From Podarcis liolepis (Eukaryota), in NCBI GenBank assembly GCA_965112155.1, contig OZ218104.1: a stretch of 64,000 bases of DNA; one strand, written 5' to 3'. This document shows, in pieces, positions 36,574 to 48,150 of the stretch. Every line of letters begins with the position of its first letter. Positions within the stretch are counted from its first letter, which is position 1. Under the pieces are notes generated by a model. It saw only the letters and a program-made list of their open reading frames with translations, did no database searches and was not told the DNA's origin. The translations under genes were made by a program, and so were the position numbers.

Positions 36574-37161
36574 TCACAAGTTAGTCAGAGCAAATAAAGC
36601 GGAGTCATTTCTCTTTGCAGCAATGTTTACCTCGAAAGCCATCTGGCTAAATAAAGTTGCCCTGAACCCATTAAAGAGCCAATTGCAGGAGGGGGTCCAC
36701 TTCTTGCCCTCCCCAAGAGCCTAGCAGCATCCCTCTCTGGACTTTCCTTGGGCTGTAATGGAAGGGAATGAAGAAAAGAGCGGCCTTCAGCAAGCTCCCC
36801 CCCCCCAAGAAAAGAAAAGAAAAACATCTTCCAATGGTTGCCAGGAGATGACAGAAATACTGGAGCAGTTGCTCAGAAAAGCTTCGGAGAAATTATCTGA
36901 GATAACTTTCCTGCCGCGTGGGTGTGAAAACCGATACCTCATAGGGCGAAAAAAAATCCCACGACAACAAAAGACAGCACAGAAATCTATTGGGCTGGCG
37001 GATCTGGGAATCACAGGAACACACACAAAGCCAACTTATTCCAAAACAAACCAGACCAGCAGCAGCAGCTCTCCAGGATTTAAGACGAGGGTGTTTTCCA
37101 ATCCTACTCTCAGATGTCATTTGGGAATGTGGCTCTTTAGGAGGGAGAACTGTGGTTTGAT

Positions 37162-37164
<3 letters not shown>

Positions 37165-37199
<35 letters not shown>

Positions 37200-37270
37200 T
37201 ATTATTATTATTATTATTTATACCCCGCCCATCTGGTTGAGTTTCCCCAGCCACTCTGGGCGGCTCCCAA
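37165..37270 (-). mobile_element. L2 3' terminal stub with (AAT)n(ATT)n tail
   Basis: TATACCCCGCCCATCTGG...CCCCAGCCACTCTGGGCGGCT is nearly identical to 34420-34470. Confidence 0.8.
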
Positions 37271-37289
37271 TCACTGTTAACTTAGGAGT

Positions 37290-38380
37290 ATGTTCACAGG
37301 AGAAACCTTGGAAACATTTAGCTGTCAGGTTAAACAAACTCTGGAGTACGTGCAGTTACCTTTGATTTACATACCTTCGAGTTAGGAAGATAGTAAATAA
37401 ATTGCAACACATCCACGTCTCGTTAAGAGATCCAAAAAGCTTTGAAATATTGATTACGTCTAATAGACAAGCCAAGGGAGTTCTGAGAGATATACAAAAG
37501 CCATTCACTAATCTAGAACCTTCATGCTGTAAATATCAGGCAAACGGTAGCAAGAGTTGCTATTAGCAGTTCCAACAGGTAAGGTTGAAGATAGGGTCCT
37601 GGACACATGTATCTCTTAACGCTTTCTAAAAATAAAGCAAACAAACAAACTAGATAGTACATAGCATCAGTTTGACTGAATGAAATATACTGAGAAGCCA
37701 GCGACCACACTAGGTAAGGTAGATTTGCCCAGAGCAAATCTAGCTCACATTATGAGGACTGGTCCAAAAAGCCGAACACTTTGGAATTCTGTATTGATTG
37801 AAGTGAAAAATATTTTAGATAGTGACCTCCTGAGATATCCAACAGTAATATTATTTGGATATCTCAAGGATTAAAACACCAGAGGAAGATTCCTCATTTG
37901 CTAACAATAAGCCAGAATAGCAGTACTGTATGTTGGAACTGGGGAACAATTTCTACTATAGAATCCTGGTTAGTTACAATCTGGGGCATCACATAGATGA
38001 CACAGTTAATCAACTTGGTTAAAGTCAGAGAGGCTAAGAAAAGGAACTTTGGCATTTGTTTATCTCTTAATGGAACAAACCCATATTCTTAGGGGAAGTT
38101 TAATGCTATATAACTAGCTGAAGCGTGGGAGCTTAGATCAGGCAGTATGAAAAAATGGAGGGAAAATGACTAATGTCTCTTTTTATATCTCTTTTTGGTA
38201 TATATTTGATTCATGTATATACTTGACTGATGGAATTCCTTATCAAACTATGAATACTCTATTTCCAACAACATTATAGAAACCTTAGTGCCTTAAATAT
38301 CATTAACTGTACATTATCTGTAGTTATATTTGTATTCGACTTTTATATGAATTTCATAATTAGAAAAAAACGCTAAAAAG
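37290..38380 (+). mobile_element. Degenerate L1-clade LINE 3' region
   Basis: A-rich. HIMRTGPKSRTLWNSV resembles the L1 C-terminal HxxWxCP..FW motif. AT-rich 3'UTR and A-rich end. Confidence 0.5.
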
Positions 38381-38429
38381 AAGAGATAGAAAGGCAGGGT
38401 AGAATTCCTTTGCATAAATGACAAAACGA

Positions 38430-38515
38430 TGGGGAGGAGGACTCTGTCAATTTTGGTTTCTCTCAATTTCTCATTTTTCCAGTTATGTTTTCATCGTATC
38501 TCTGCATCAATTTGC

Positions 38516-38547
<32 letters not shown>

Positions 38548-38711
38548 ATCCTCATAAAAATGCACCAGCATTTAACATGCATATTTTGTATACAGTTTTG
38601 CCCAATGTAAACGTTTTTGCAAGTACTTTTCCCTAATACAATGTTTGTCTGTATGATGTTTTCACTCATATTTGGAATTTTAATGCACATGTTCTCCAAA
38701 TATATGCACAT

Positions 38712-38712
<1 letters not shown>
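38430..38712 (-). repeat. AT-rich interspersed repeat (unclassified)
   Basis: Shares TGCA-rich motifs with 26580-27620 (split by the LTR), 41930-42230 and 51760-52200. Confidence 0.55.
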
Positions 38713-38749
<37 letters not shown>

Positions 38750-38791
38750 ACAATGTATTGCCTGCCTTTTACTCTAAGGTCCCATGGTGGG

Positions 38792-39059
38792 TAACCTCTG
38801 CTTAAAAACCTCCAATGAAGGAGAGTCTATTGCCTCTCATGGGAGTCTGTTCCGTTGTCGAACAGCTCTTAGCATCAGAAAGTTCTTCCTGTTGTTCATT
38901 CAGAATCTCCTTTCTTGTATCTTGGAGCCATTGGTTCAGGTCCTACCGCCACAGAGCAGGAGAAAACAAGCTTGTTCCATCCTCCGTGCGACAGCCATTG
39001 AGATATTTGAAGATGGCTATCATATCTCCTCTCAGTCTCCTGTTATCCAGGCTAAACAT
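38792..39059 (-). mobile_element. CR1 ORF2 fragment (minus)
   Basis: Reverse complement encodes CR1 [18 protein letters not shown]...VFKQR region. Confidence 0.85.
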
Positions 39060-39847
39060 ATGATAGGCATTTTCAAATATCTCAAGGGCTGTCACGTGAA
39101 AGATGGGGCAAGCTTGTTTTCTCCTGCTCTGGCGGGTTGGACCTGAATGAGTGGCTTCAAGGAGATTCTGACTAAAGATCAGGAAGAACTTTCTGATGGT
39201 AAGAGCTGTTTGACAGTGGAACCGACTCCCACAAGAGGTGGCGGACTCTCCTTCACTGGAGGTTTTTAAGCAGAGGTTGGATGGTCATCTATCATGGTGA
39301 TTATGCTGATAATAATAATAATAACAATAATAATAATTAATAATTAATAATTAATAATTAATAATTAATAATTAATAATTAATAATTAATAATTAATAAT
39401 TAATTTTATTTATACTCCATCCTCCCCAGCCAGAGTCGGGCTCAGGGCAGCTAACACCAGTAAATTACAGTAAAAACATACAGGTAATAGGGGGGAAACC
39501 CCCAATTTAAAATACAGGTTAAAATGCAATTTAAAATGCAGCCTCATTTTAAAAGTAGCCCATAGATCAAAACCATAAGGGGAGGGAAACATAAGGGTCA
39601 GACTGAGTCCAAACCAAAGGCCAGGCGGAACAGCTCTGTCTTGCAGGCCCTACGAAAAGATGTCGAGTCCCACAGGGCTCTTGTGACAGAGTGTTCCACC
39701 AAGTCGGGGCCAGTACTGAAAAGGCCCTGGCCCTAGTTGAGACCAATCTAATCACCTTTCGACTGGGACACTTTAGTTGAGATTCCTGCATTACAAGGGG
39801 TTGGACCAGATGACTCTTAGAGCCCTTCCAGCTCTACAATCCTATGA
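39060..39847 (+). mobile_element. CR1 3' end (plus), interrupted by L2
   Basis: MIGIFKYLKGCH... to GGATGGTCATCTATCATGG (~39297). Resumes at ~39771 with CTTTAGTTGAGATTCCTGCATT...CTCTACAATCCTATGA. Confidence 0.8.
39310..39770 (-). mobile_element. L2 3' end with (AATAATT)n tail
   Basis: Minus ORF RARAFSVLAPTWWNTL. 7-mer AATAATT repeats at about 39330-39405. Confidence 0.8.
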
Positions 39848-40442
39848 AACATGCACAAGAGTGTCTTGCTACCAAAAGCACTTTGACGCGTGTTGGAAAC
39901 ATAACCAGGTTTTGCTGTTGAGGGACACATCCATGGATGCTAGCAGACCACCTGCACACCCCTAAACTTCCAGTTTGGCACTCAAGAGGTGAAACAGGAG
40001 CTACAGCCTAAGCTTGCCCCGCCCCCTCCTGGGCAGCTCCATCTCCTGCCTTTTGCCATCTGCAAACAGGCTTGTGCTTTCCACACCCTGCATCTGAATA
40101 AAACATGCAATTGGGAAAAATATGTGTGAGCCTCTGAGCTACGTGATCAATAGCATGCTACAATAATTCCGGAAAGGCAGGATTTGCTTTGTGCTGGCAT
40201 CCGATCACAGTGACTTTATCCCCCCACTAATGTGCTCAGGACCGTCACAATGCACCTGTTTCACTTCAATCAATTTGTAGTTATTGAACAAACATCATGG
40301 CCTGACTGGTCCTTCTGAAAGGCCCTCCTCCTCCTCCTCCCAACCACCTTGGATGGCACCCAGGGATCATTATGACAAGGCCTAAGGCTTTTCCTCTTCC
40401 ACCCTGCTAAGACTCATAGTTACCAGGCCATGTTGAGGACAT

Positions 40443-40764
40443 GTTGTTGTTGTTTAGTCATTTAGTCGTGTCCGATTCTTCGTGACCCCATGGACGCCAG
40501 GCACTCCTGTCTTCCATTGCCTCTCGCAGTTTGGTCAAACTCATTTTAGTAGCTTCGAGAACACTGTCCAACCATCTCGTCCTCTGTCGTCCCCTTCTCC
40601 TTGTGCCTTCCATCTTTCCCAACACCAAGGTCTTTTCCAGGGAGTCTTCTCTTCTCATGAGGTGGCCAAAGTATTGGAGCCTCAGCTTCAGGATCTGTCC
40701 TTCCAGTGAGCACTCAGGACTGATTTCCTTAAGAATGGGTAGGTTTGATCTTCTTGCAGTCCAT
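40443..40764 (-). mobile_element. BovB (RTE) LINE 3' end
   Basis: MRREDSLEKTLVLGKMEGTRRRGRQRTRWLD and a (CAA)n tail. 12-bp TSD TGTTGAGGACAT at 40431-42 and 40765-76. Confidence 0.93.
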
Positions 40765-42959
40765 TGTTGAGGACATAATGAAGCTTTAATCCAATGGCCA
40801 AAGCATGGCCTGTCCAGGACGTTCTTAAGTGACGTTTCCTTATGAGAAGCAAAGTACTCAGATATGGCATTTGAAGGACTCTTTCTTCACCTGCAGCCCC
40901 AGCCCAGCTTTGTAGCTGGTGTCACATACCTACAGAACTTCAAATCAAACCTTTTTGTTCAGGCCAGGCTCCCAGACATCTCTTTTTGGCCTACTGTTCA
41001 TTTCAATTATCTCTTGAATGCTTTTCAATACCCAGTTTTAACAGTCCTTTATCGATAATGTTAATGTTTTCTTTCTTTCTTTTTTGACAAGCCCATTCGA
41101 AGTTTTATTACAATCAAGTGGGATATGAAAATTGTTAAGTAAAACAAATGAAACAAGCACACACATGCTCCGTAAAATGCTTCCCATGGCCAAAGAAGTA
41201 TGCTTGGAAATGTTTGGGCACAGTGTGGAATAAATCCCATTTTTTCTGTCCAAATTCTAGACAGGGCTGCTGCAGGCATAATGGATCACAGCATCCATTC
41301 CAGGAGTGCCAGTGGCCTCGGAGGGGACAAGACCCTCCCCCGGCCACTTTCCTTTCAAGTTGTTCTTTTTCTTTAAACCACACTTGAGCCTGACAACCCT
41401 TCAAACAGATAACTGTCCTCTGTTAGAGACTGGGAACTGGGTGAAACTATCAGTTTCAGTTTCTCCCACATTCTCACTTTCCTCATCTTAAGTTCAGTTT
41501 GCTACACCAGTTTTAAAGTCTTCTTGAACTTTTTTTATTCAGTGCACATTTTCCCTAATACAAATAGAACATCATTCAATAAGCAAGTCTTTGCATAACA
41601 AGCTGATGATTTCCATTATTTCCTATGGGATCATTTCTAATCCGTGCTTTGTCCCATCTCCCTCCCTCCCATCATGGTTTTTGTCTGAAACTGCTGCAGC
41701 CAACCAGCAAAAGCCAAGCAAAGGAAAAAGCAGTTTGTCTGATCTCCCTCCCACATCCCAGGGTTTCTGCCTGAAATGGCTTCTGCCAATCAACCAACCT
41801 CAAACTAGTAGTAAGGAAATGGGCAAACTCTGGCTGTTTGGATATCTGAATCAGCCGTTCATGTAGTGAGGTTTGGATATAATTCTTTGTGTTCAGATAA
41901 CTGAGATTTCAGATAACAAGCATTCTGATAGCAGGACTTGCATGTATAAACATTATTATTGTATGCAATTTTGCATAATTTATACACACTCTGCAAATGT
42001 TTTCTCCTAATAAAATGCATTTTGTAAATAATTTTCAGTAACATGTGGTTCCCTGGATTCATGCATTCAGGTATACAGTTCTCTGTTTGGGGAATGGCAT
42101 TGCAAAATTCAGAGAAGTGCAAATTTCAAAGGCTAGCTGCCTTTCAGCCCATGCATTGTTTTGGGAAGTGAGGTTTAGCTAGGTTTGAATTAACATGCAA
42201 ATTGAACCAAGTTTCTCCTTCTATCCCAGATGGGATAGAAGCATTTAAGAAACAGGCCCCTGATCTTTAGCTTCCCAGTGAGTCCTGGAGCCCTTCCAGA
42301 AATACACAAGGCTTTGCACAAAATGTGCAGGATGTTCCCAGCCAAGATTCTAAATGGGGTGGAAGGTTCCCTGTCTCTGGAGTGGAGCTGAGGGAGGTGT
42401 GTTAGTGATGGCACAAGTACTGGACAGTAGGCACTAACCACAGATGGTCTTTCCTCTGCTCAAACGGAATCAAGCTGGAAACAACAAAGCCATTCCCTCC
42501 CACCCCAAACATGCCTCACGGCAGGGAAGCGTGGTACACATTTTTGAGGGCAGGGAGGGTGCCCACAGACCACTTTCACCACTCTTAAAGTGCTAATGCT
42601 CCTCTTCACCCTATAAATCACCTAGCAGGGACCACAGATTTGATCTAATACACTAAAAGCAGAAGAACCAAAAAGAGAGGAGAAGCAGGGAATGAGGAGA
42701 AAAAACAAACAAAACCCCAGAGAGCAAGAAAGGAATAAATTAACACAATGGTGACAGTGTAATGATGCTGCCATGCAAACCAAGGTCAAGTGGCCCTTGA
42801 AAGTCACCTTGCATCCTCCTCGCTGTGCCTACGATAGAGTTGATGCTTCCCCTCCACTTCCAGGTTCTGAGGTTAACGCAAGCAGAACCAGCCGGGGCGC
42901 CGAGCCAAGCTGTTCCGTGGCCGGCTTGTTTCCGAGAGAGAGCAACGACCTTCTCGGAG

Positions 42960-43165
42960 TTTCTGCAGAGAAGCAACTTTCTGTAACTAATGAACTAATT
43001 CGTTAAACTTCCGAGAGGCCCTTCTGCAAAGAAGCTCACGCGATCCCGTCAATTAATCACGCCGCTACAGTTGAGCTCGGTGTTTAGGCCTTAACAATTG
43101 CTTATGTGACCTTTCTGACCGCTTACAGGTCCCTCGCCGGCCTTTAACCCGGTGCATTATTCATG
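42960..43165. promoter_or_regulatory. Putative conserved non-coding element
   Basis: Repeat-free, CpG-retaining, clustered TAAT/AATTAATCA/ACAAT motifs. Inference only. Confidence 0.35.
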
Positions 43166-43751
43166 ACCAACTGTCCAGCTGCTTGCCACCTGCACCAGGG
43201 ACTGGGCGAAGAGGAGGAGGAAGGGGCCGTTTCGATGCAAGCCGATACACGCGAGGATTCAGACTAAGGAGTGCAGAGAGTCCAGCTGCCTTTTCCAGAC
43301 GCCACCACTTCTTTCTCCATCCCCAGGAAACCAGAGTTACTTCCTGATAGGTCATGCCAGAAGTTCGCTGGTGATTGGGTCATAATTTATGGCTTTCCTG
43401 GGGATCATTCCTCTAACTATCAAGGTGGGGAAGGGGAGGAGCAGCGGAGCCCCTTTGCCTGTGCAGTTATCAAGTTAATGTGATGTGACTTCCTTCCAGA
43501 GCCATTAGCTTCTGCTGGCGGGAGAAGAGAGGTGGTGATGGGGAACTGTGCTTCCTTGATTCGAGCGAGGGCTGTGCCATCCCCGTGAGAAACTTTGCCC
43601 AGTCTCAAAGAAACCATTTCCTCTGCCCTCAGAATTCCTGCTCCTCGGCCTCTGAATTAATCACCACTCAGCAGGAGCCTCGAGTCACCCAGTGCTGGCA
43701 CAAAACAATTGGTGGGGTGATGGGTACCAACTCCATGGCGCAAAAAGTCCC

Positions 43752-44007
43752 AGAAGAAGAAGAAGAAGAGTTTGGATTTGATATCCCGCTTTATCACTAC
43801 CCAAAGGAGTCTCAAAGCGGCTAACATTCTCCTTTCCCTTCCTCCCCCACAACAAACACTCTGTGAGGTGAATGGGGCTGAGAGACTTCACAGAAGTGTG
43901 ACTAGCCCAAGGTCACCCAGCAGCTGCATGTGGAGGAGCGGAGACACGAACCCGGTTCCCCAGATTACGAGTCTACCGCTCTTAACCACTATACCACACT
44001 GGCTCTC
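43752..44007 (-). mobile_element. Squam3-type (MIR/Ther1-derived) SINE, full length
   Basis: Minus strand GAGAGCCAGTGTGGTATAGTGGTTAAGAGC (A box), GGTTCG (B box), CORE-like GTGACCTTGGGC, (CTT)n tail. Confidence 0.85.
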
Positions 44008-44145
44008 CAGGTTCTATCTGCAATGGCCTTTCCAGGCAGGGCTGAGAAAGACTCCCTGCCTGAAACCCCGAAGAGCCACGACCAAACAGTGTCAACAACC
44101 CTTAGCTAGATGGACTCTTTAGCTAGACAGCTTCCCATGTTCCTA
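44008..44145 (+). mobile_element. 3' part of a Squam2-like SINE (host of the Squam3 insertion)
   Basis: CAGGTTC..GGGCTGAGAAAGACTCCCTGCCTGAAACCC...CAGCTTCCCATGTTCCT. The 5' part GCAAAAAGTCCCAG lies at about 43740-43753. Confidence 0.6.
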
Positions 44146-44654
44146 TTTTGCTGCTTGAAGTGGGGCAGCTAAGGGGCAGAGGAGGCCTGCCAAGTTATTT
44201 TAACAATGGACTAGGCGGAAAACCACACAGCTACCTCCCCCGCCCCATGAAAATGCAACAACAAATTAAATAATTAATCATTTGCTGTCTTTTTATGACA
44301 CCCCCCAAAATATGATGCATGAATGAGGTGGGCCCCTCAATGCTGCCTTCTGCATTTCCCTGGCCTGTAATTTCCAAATTGGGGTGAGGGAGAAAGAGAT
44401 GGCATGGGAGATCTTTTGCTGCTGATCAGTGCTTCCCTTAATATTGACCTGATCAAGATGATTCTCCAAACTTAGGGCGGCTGTGTGTCCTATTTTGCTG
44501 AAGACAGCCCCCTAGTTGAAAAGCTGTCAGATCCAAGATCATGAACCTCCAGAAGGGACATCAAGGAGGGACCTCGAAGTGAGCAATCTGAGCAGGCACA
44601 GCACAGTTGGCTTAGGAAACTTGGTTTGTCTCATTGATAACCTGGCATCACACC

Positions 44655-44822
44655 CAGTGGCGTAGCGTGGGGGGTGCAGGGGGGGCGGCCGCACCGGGCG
44701 CAACATCTGGGGGTTAGGGTTAGGGGGCGCAAATCCACGGGTTAGGGGGCGCAAATCCACAGGTTAGGGGGCACAAATTACTTGCCTTGCCCCAGGTGCT
44801 GACAACCCACGCTACGCCACTG
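44655..44822. mobile_element. Young hAT MITE, 168 bp, with TTAGGG-containing internal repeats
   Basis: Perfect 17-bp TIR CAGTGGCGTAGCGTGGG/CCCACGCTACGCCACTG. Perfect 8-bp TSD ATCACACC at 44647-54 and 44823-30. Confidence 0.93.
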
Positions 44823-45894
44823 ATCACACCCTTCCTTAACCAAGCCTGCACTCCACCCCAGACATCGCCAAGCTACAAAGGGCAGTGGGAAAGCAAGCCA
44901 CATTTTTGAGAAGCGAGCCGTGATTCCTTGGATCATCTATGTGGTTAACTTGTGGTTTGTTAAACAAACCATAGCACCGTGTTATGTGCAAATCGGACCA
45001 ACCTGTTTCCTGACTTGGGGAAAAAGTCACCGGGCATGGGTGGTATTGAACTAAGTTCTACTTAAAGTAGACCCATTAAAATTGATGGCCCTATGTTAGT
45101 CATGCCTATTAATTTAAATGGATCTACACTGAGTGTCACTAACATAGGAGACAATGCATTTTGTTTGTTTGTTGCTGACATGACCAATAGCCTTAACACT
45201 GAAGACAGCTACATAGCTGAGCTGGAGATGAACTCCTAGATTCAGTCTTTAGTCATTGTGGATAAAAGAAAAACAATTTCCACCTAACAGGATCCACACA
45301 GCCAGCAACAGTGATGGTGTGTTCCTCTTATCTGCTCTGCTATCTCATGCTCTGTAAGGCTATGGAAGCCAGGGCCAAAAGGTAGAGAAGAAGAGGGAAA
45401 CTCCCACTGAATTTTGCTGTCCACAAACCTGCTCCCGTCACCTTCCCTAATTCTGTCTGGCTGACCAATTATGGAGGCATCAGCACATTATTAGATTCAG
45501 AAAGGCCTGAAATTGCAGGTTAATGACATTTAGAAAAGTAAATTTAGGAAATGATTCAAGGACAGAGAAAGCAAACACACCACTCTGGTAAAAAACTGTC
45601 TTGATGGGGATGGTCTCCAAAGGAAATGAGGATGCAGAGGTGTTTAGATCACTGATTGGTCACAGAAACCTTCTCCTCCTCTCAGGAATTGCTACAGAAG
45701 TCAGGAACCTAGAGTTGATCCTCATACTTCAAATCTGCCCCTTCTAATGTTCTGGACTAAAGTTCACATCAGCCCAGCGAACATCCAGAGGGCACCAGGT
45801 TGGGTAAGGTGGTCTATACCCTCTGTTTTCAGGTTCCTTCTTATGCCCAGAAAGGAATGGAAGAAGGATCTTAAGCATCAACCTCAGGGCATAG

Positions 45895-46340
45895 CTATGC
45901 TAAGGAACTGGCTCCCACAGGAGGAAGTGATGGCCACCAACCTAGAGGGATCAGGCAAATTCATGGAGGAGAAGGCTACCAACAGCTCCTAGCCATGATG
46001 GCTATGCTTTGCCTCCATGGCTGGAGGCAGTAATGCTTCTGAATACCAATTGCTGGGAATCATAGAATTGTAGAGTTGGAAGGGACCTTGAGGATCATCA
46101 ACCCCCTGCAATGAAAGGATATGCAGCTGTCCCACATGGGGATTGAACCTGCAACCTTGGCGTTATCAGCACCAGGCTCAAACCGACTGAGCCATCTAGT
46201 GGAACCACAAGTGGGGAGTGTTGTTCTTGCACTCGGGCCCTGCTTGCCTCCCACATGCACCTGGTTGGCCACCGTGAGAACAGAATGCTGGACTAGATGG
46301 GCCCCCATTGGCCGATGCAGCAGGATCTTCTTATGTTCTT
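45895..46340 (+). mobile_element. CR1 3' fragment interrupted by a SINE
   Basis: GTGATGGCCACCAAC...GAATACCAATTGCTGG | AACCACAAG...GGACTAGATGGGCC...CTTATGTTCTT. Confidence 0.75.
46058..46200 (-). mobile_element. tRNA-Ile-headed SINE with CR1 tail
   Basis: Reverse complement of the 10660/34050 family (GGCGTTATCAGCAC; CATAGAATTGTAGAGTTGGAAGGG). Confidence 0.8.
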
Positions 46341-47455
46341 AGTGGCAGGCAGCATGAAACTTCTGCATTGGACAGGCCTTGCATACATACTGGAAATTAG
46401 GCCTTGGACCCTTTCCTGGTCCACAGAGCAGGACCTTCTTCTCCATTTCAAACCCCAGGGTCTCCATTTCCAGAGAGGCCTCTGGGGGCCCCTGGATCCA
46501 GGAGCCCTGGGTTTAGTAATGACCACACCAGATCTTGCCCAAATTGCGAGCTGGTTTGGACTGTATACACGGAAGGTTCTTCGTACATAACACCAGCCAG
46601 CATGTCAAAAACAAAGATGAAAAAAGGCCACGTCTCTTTCAGGCAGGAAGGAGAAAGAAAGATGAAAAGCAACTCAGGGTCGGCTGGACAAGAAAATTAA
46701 CTTTGGATCTACAAGGACCCTCCCTGCCTGCAGGCCTGTGAGTCTGTTTCTGCAGCCACACACCCCTGTATTTGTCTCAAAAATAGCTGCCAGCAGGCGC
46801 TCCGGTAATTAATTACAGATTGTGGTGACTTGTGCCGCGGTGAGGGAAGCACCAGGAAGGAGAGACCCGAGAGAGAGAGCGCAAGACATACGATAATTAA
46901 GGGAAGAGGCCGGCATCCATCTCTCTGCCCTACAGCTTGGCACCCTTCAGTGAGAACAGCCTGACTTGAGTCGGCTTCATTAGGGATTGCCTGGGATGCA
47001 AACTGTCATTTGCTCGTTATAAGACACTCTTAAGAGTTTGATCTAACTTGCTCCTTCAGCGAGAAAGAGCTCTGGCCGGGTGGAAAGGCGCCTGTCCCAC
47101 TTCCCAGAATATGGGAAGGAACATAGGGAGCTCCACCAGCAGCAGTATCTGCTCTCCTCACTTCCTTCCTCCCAATGGCAGAGTAGGTTTTCACGGCACC
47201 CGGGGCCAGGAGGGTGAACGGAGCCCGCTGCACTGCACTCCACCCCAGCCCTCACGGCTGCCAGAGCAACACCAGCCCCAAGCCATTTTGCGAGGCTGGA
47301 ATGATCAGATCTCAGCTTCGCAAAGCGGCTTGGGGAGGACAGCATGAGAAGGACGCCATGTGCCCTTCAATCCCAGCTTTGCCCTCGAGGTGCTGGGATC
47401 GAAGGGCGCATGGCTGCTGCATTCGTCTTAGGTCACCCTCCCTGAGCCACTTTGC

Positions 47456-47777
47456 GAAGAAGAAGAAGAAGAAGAAGAAGAAGAAGAAGAAGAAGAAGAA
47501 GAAGAAGAAGAAGAAGAAGAAGAAGAAGAAGAAGAAGAAGAGTTTGGATTTGATATCCCTCTTTATCACTACCTGAAGGAGTCTCAAAGTGGCTAACGTT
47601 CTCCTTTCCCTTCCTCCCCCACAACAAACACTCTGTGAGGTGAGTGAGACTGAGAGACTTCAAAGAAGTGTGACTGGCCAAAGGTCACCCAGCAGCTGCA
47701 TGTGGAGGAGCGGAGACCCGAACCCGGTTCACCAGATTATAGGAGTTTACCGCTCTTAACCACTACACCACGCTGGC
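47456..47777 (-). mobile_element. Squam3-type SINE with expanded (CTT)~28 tail
   Basis: Colinear with 43752-44007. Uninterrupted GAA run at 47456-47539. Confidence 0.88.
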
Positions 47778-47999
47778 TTGCAGATCCCAGTCTTGCAAAG
47801 CGGTGCAGGGGTAGCTCAGGGAGGGTGGCATGAGGGTGGCTTGAGCCATGCACCTGGGACGATCACCCTGGTCCCCTCTGCTTTCTTCTGGCCTCCATGC
47901 TGAGGTCTCCATGAATCAAAATGTCAGAGGAGGGACCTTCCGGCCGGAAGTGCTGGAAAGGCAAATGCGGAGGAGACAGTGCTTGCTAGCAAAACAGAG

Positions 48000-48150
48000 A
48001 AGGATCTGCTGTTCAGTTTTGTTCCTCACACTGATTGGCAGTGGTTCTCCAGGGTTTCAGGAAGGGGCATTCTGGGCCCTACCTGGAGATGACCTGGGAC
48101 CTTCTAAAAGGCAAGGGAGGTGCTCCATTAAAAAGTCACGCCCTTTCCCC
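48000..48150 (-). mobile_element. Old Squam2-like SINE
   Basis: TCTCCAGGGTTTCAGG...CCCTACCTGGAGATG..CCTGGGACCTTCT is the reverse complement of the family motifs. Confidence 0.55.

Noticed and set aside
44709-44727. Interstitial telomere / chromosome fusion site
   Set aside because: Only two tandem TTAGGG units, and they lie inside a MITE with TSDs.
47214-47681. Poly-K/F/L ORFs
   Set aside because: Translations of the (GAA)n SINE tail.
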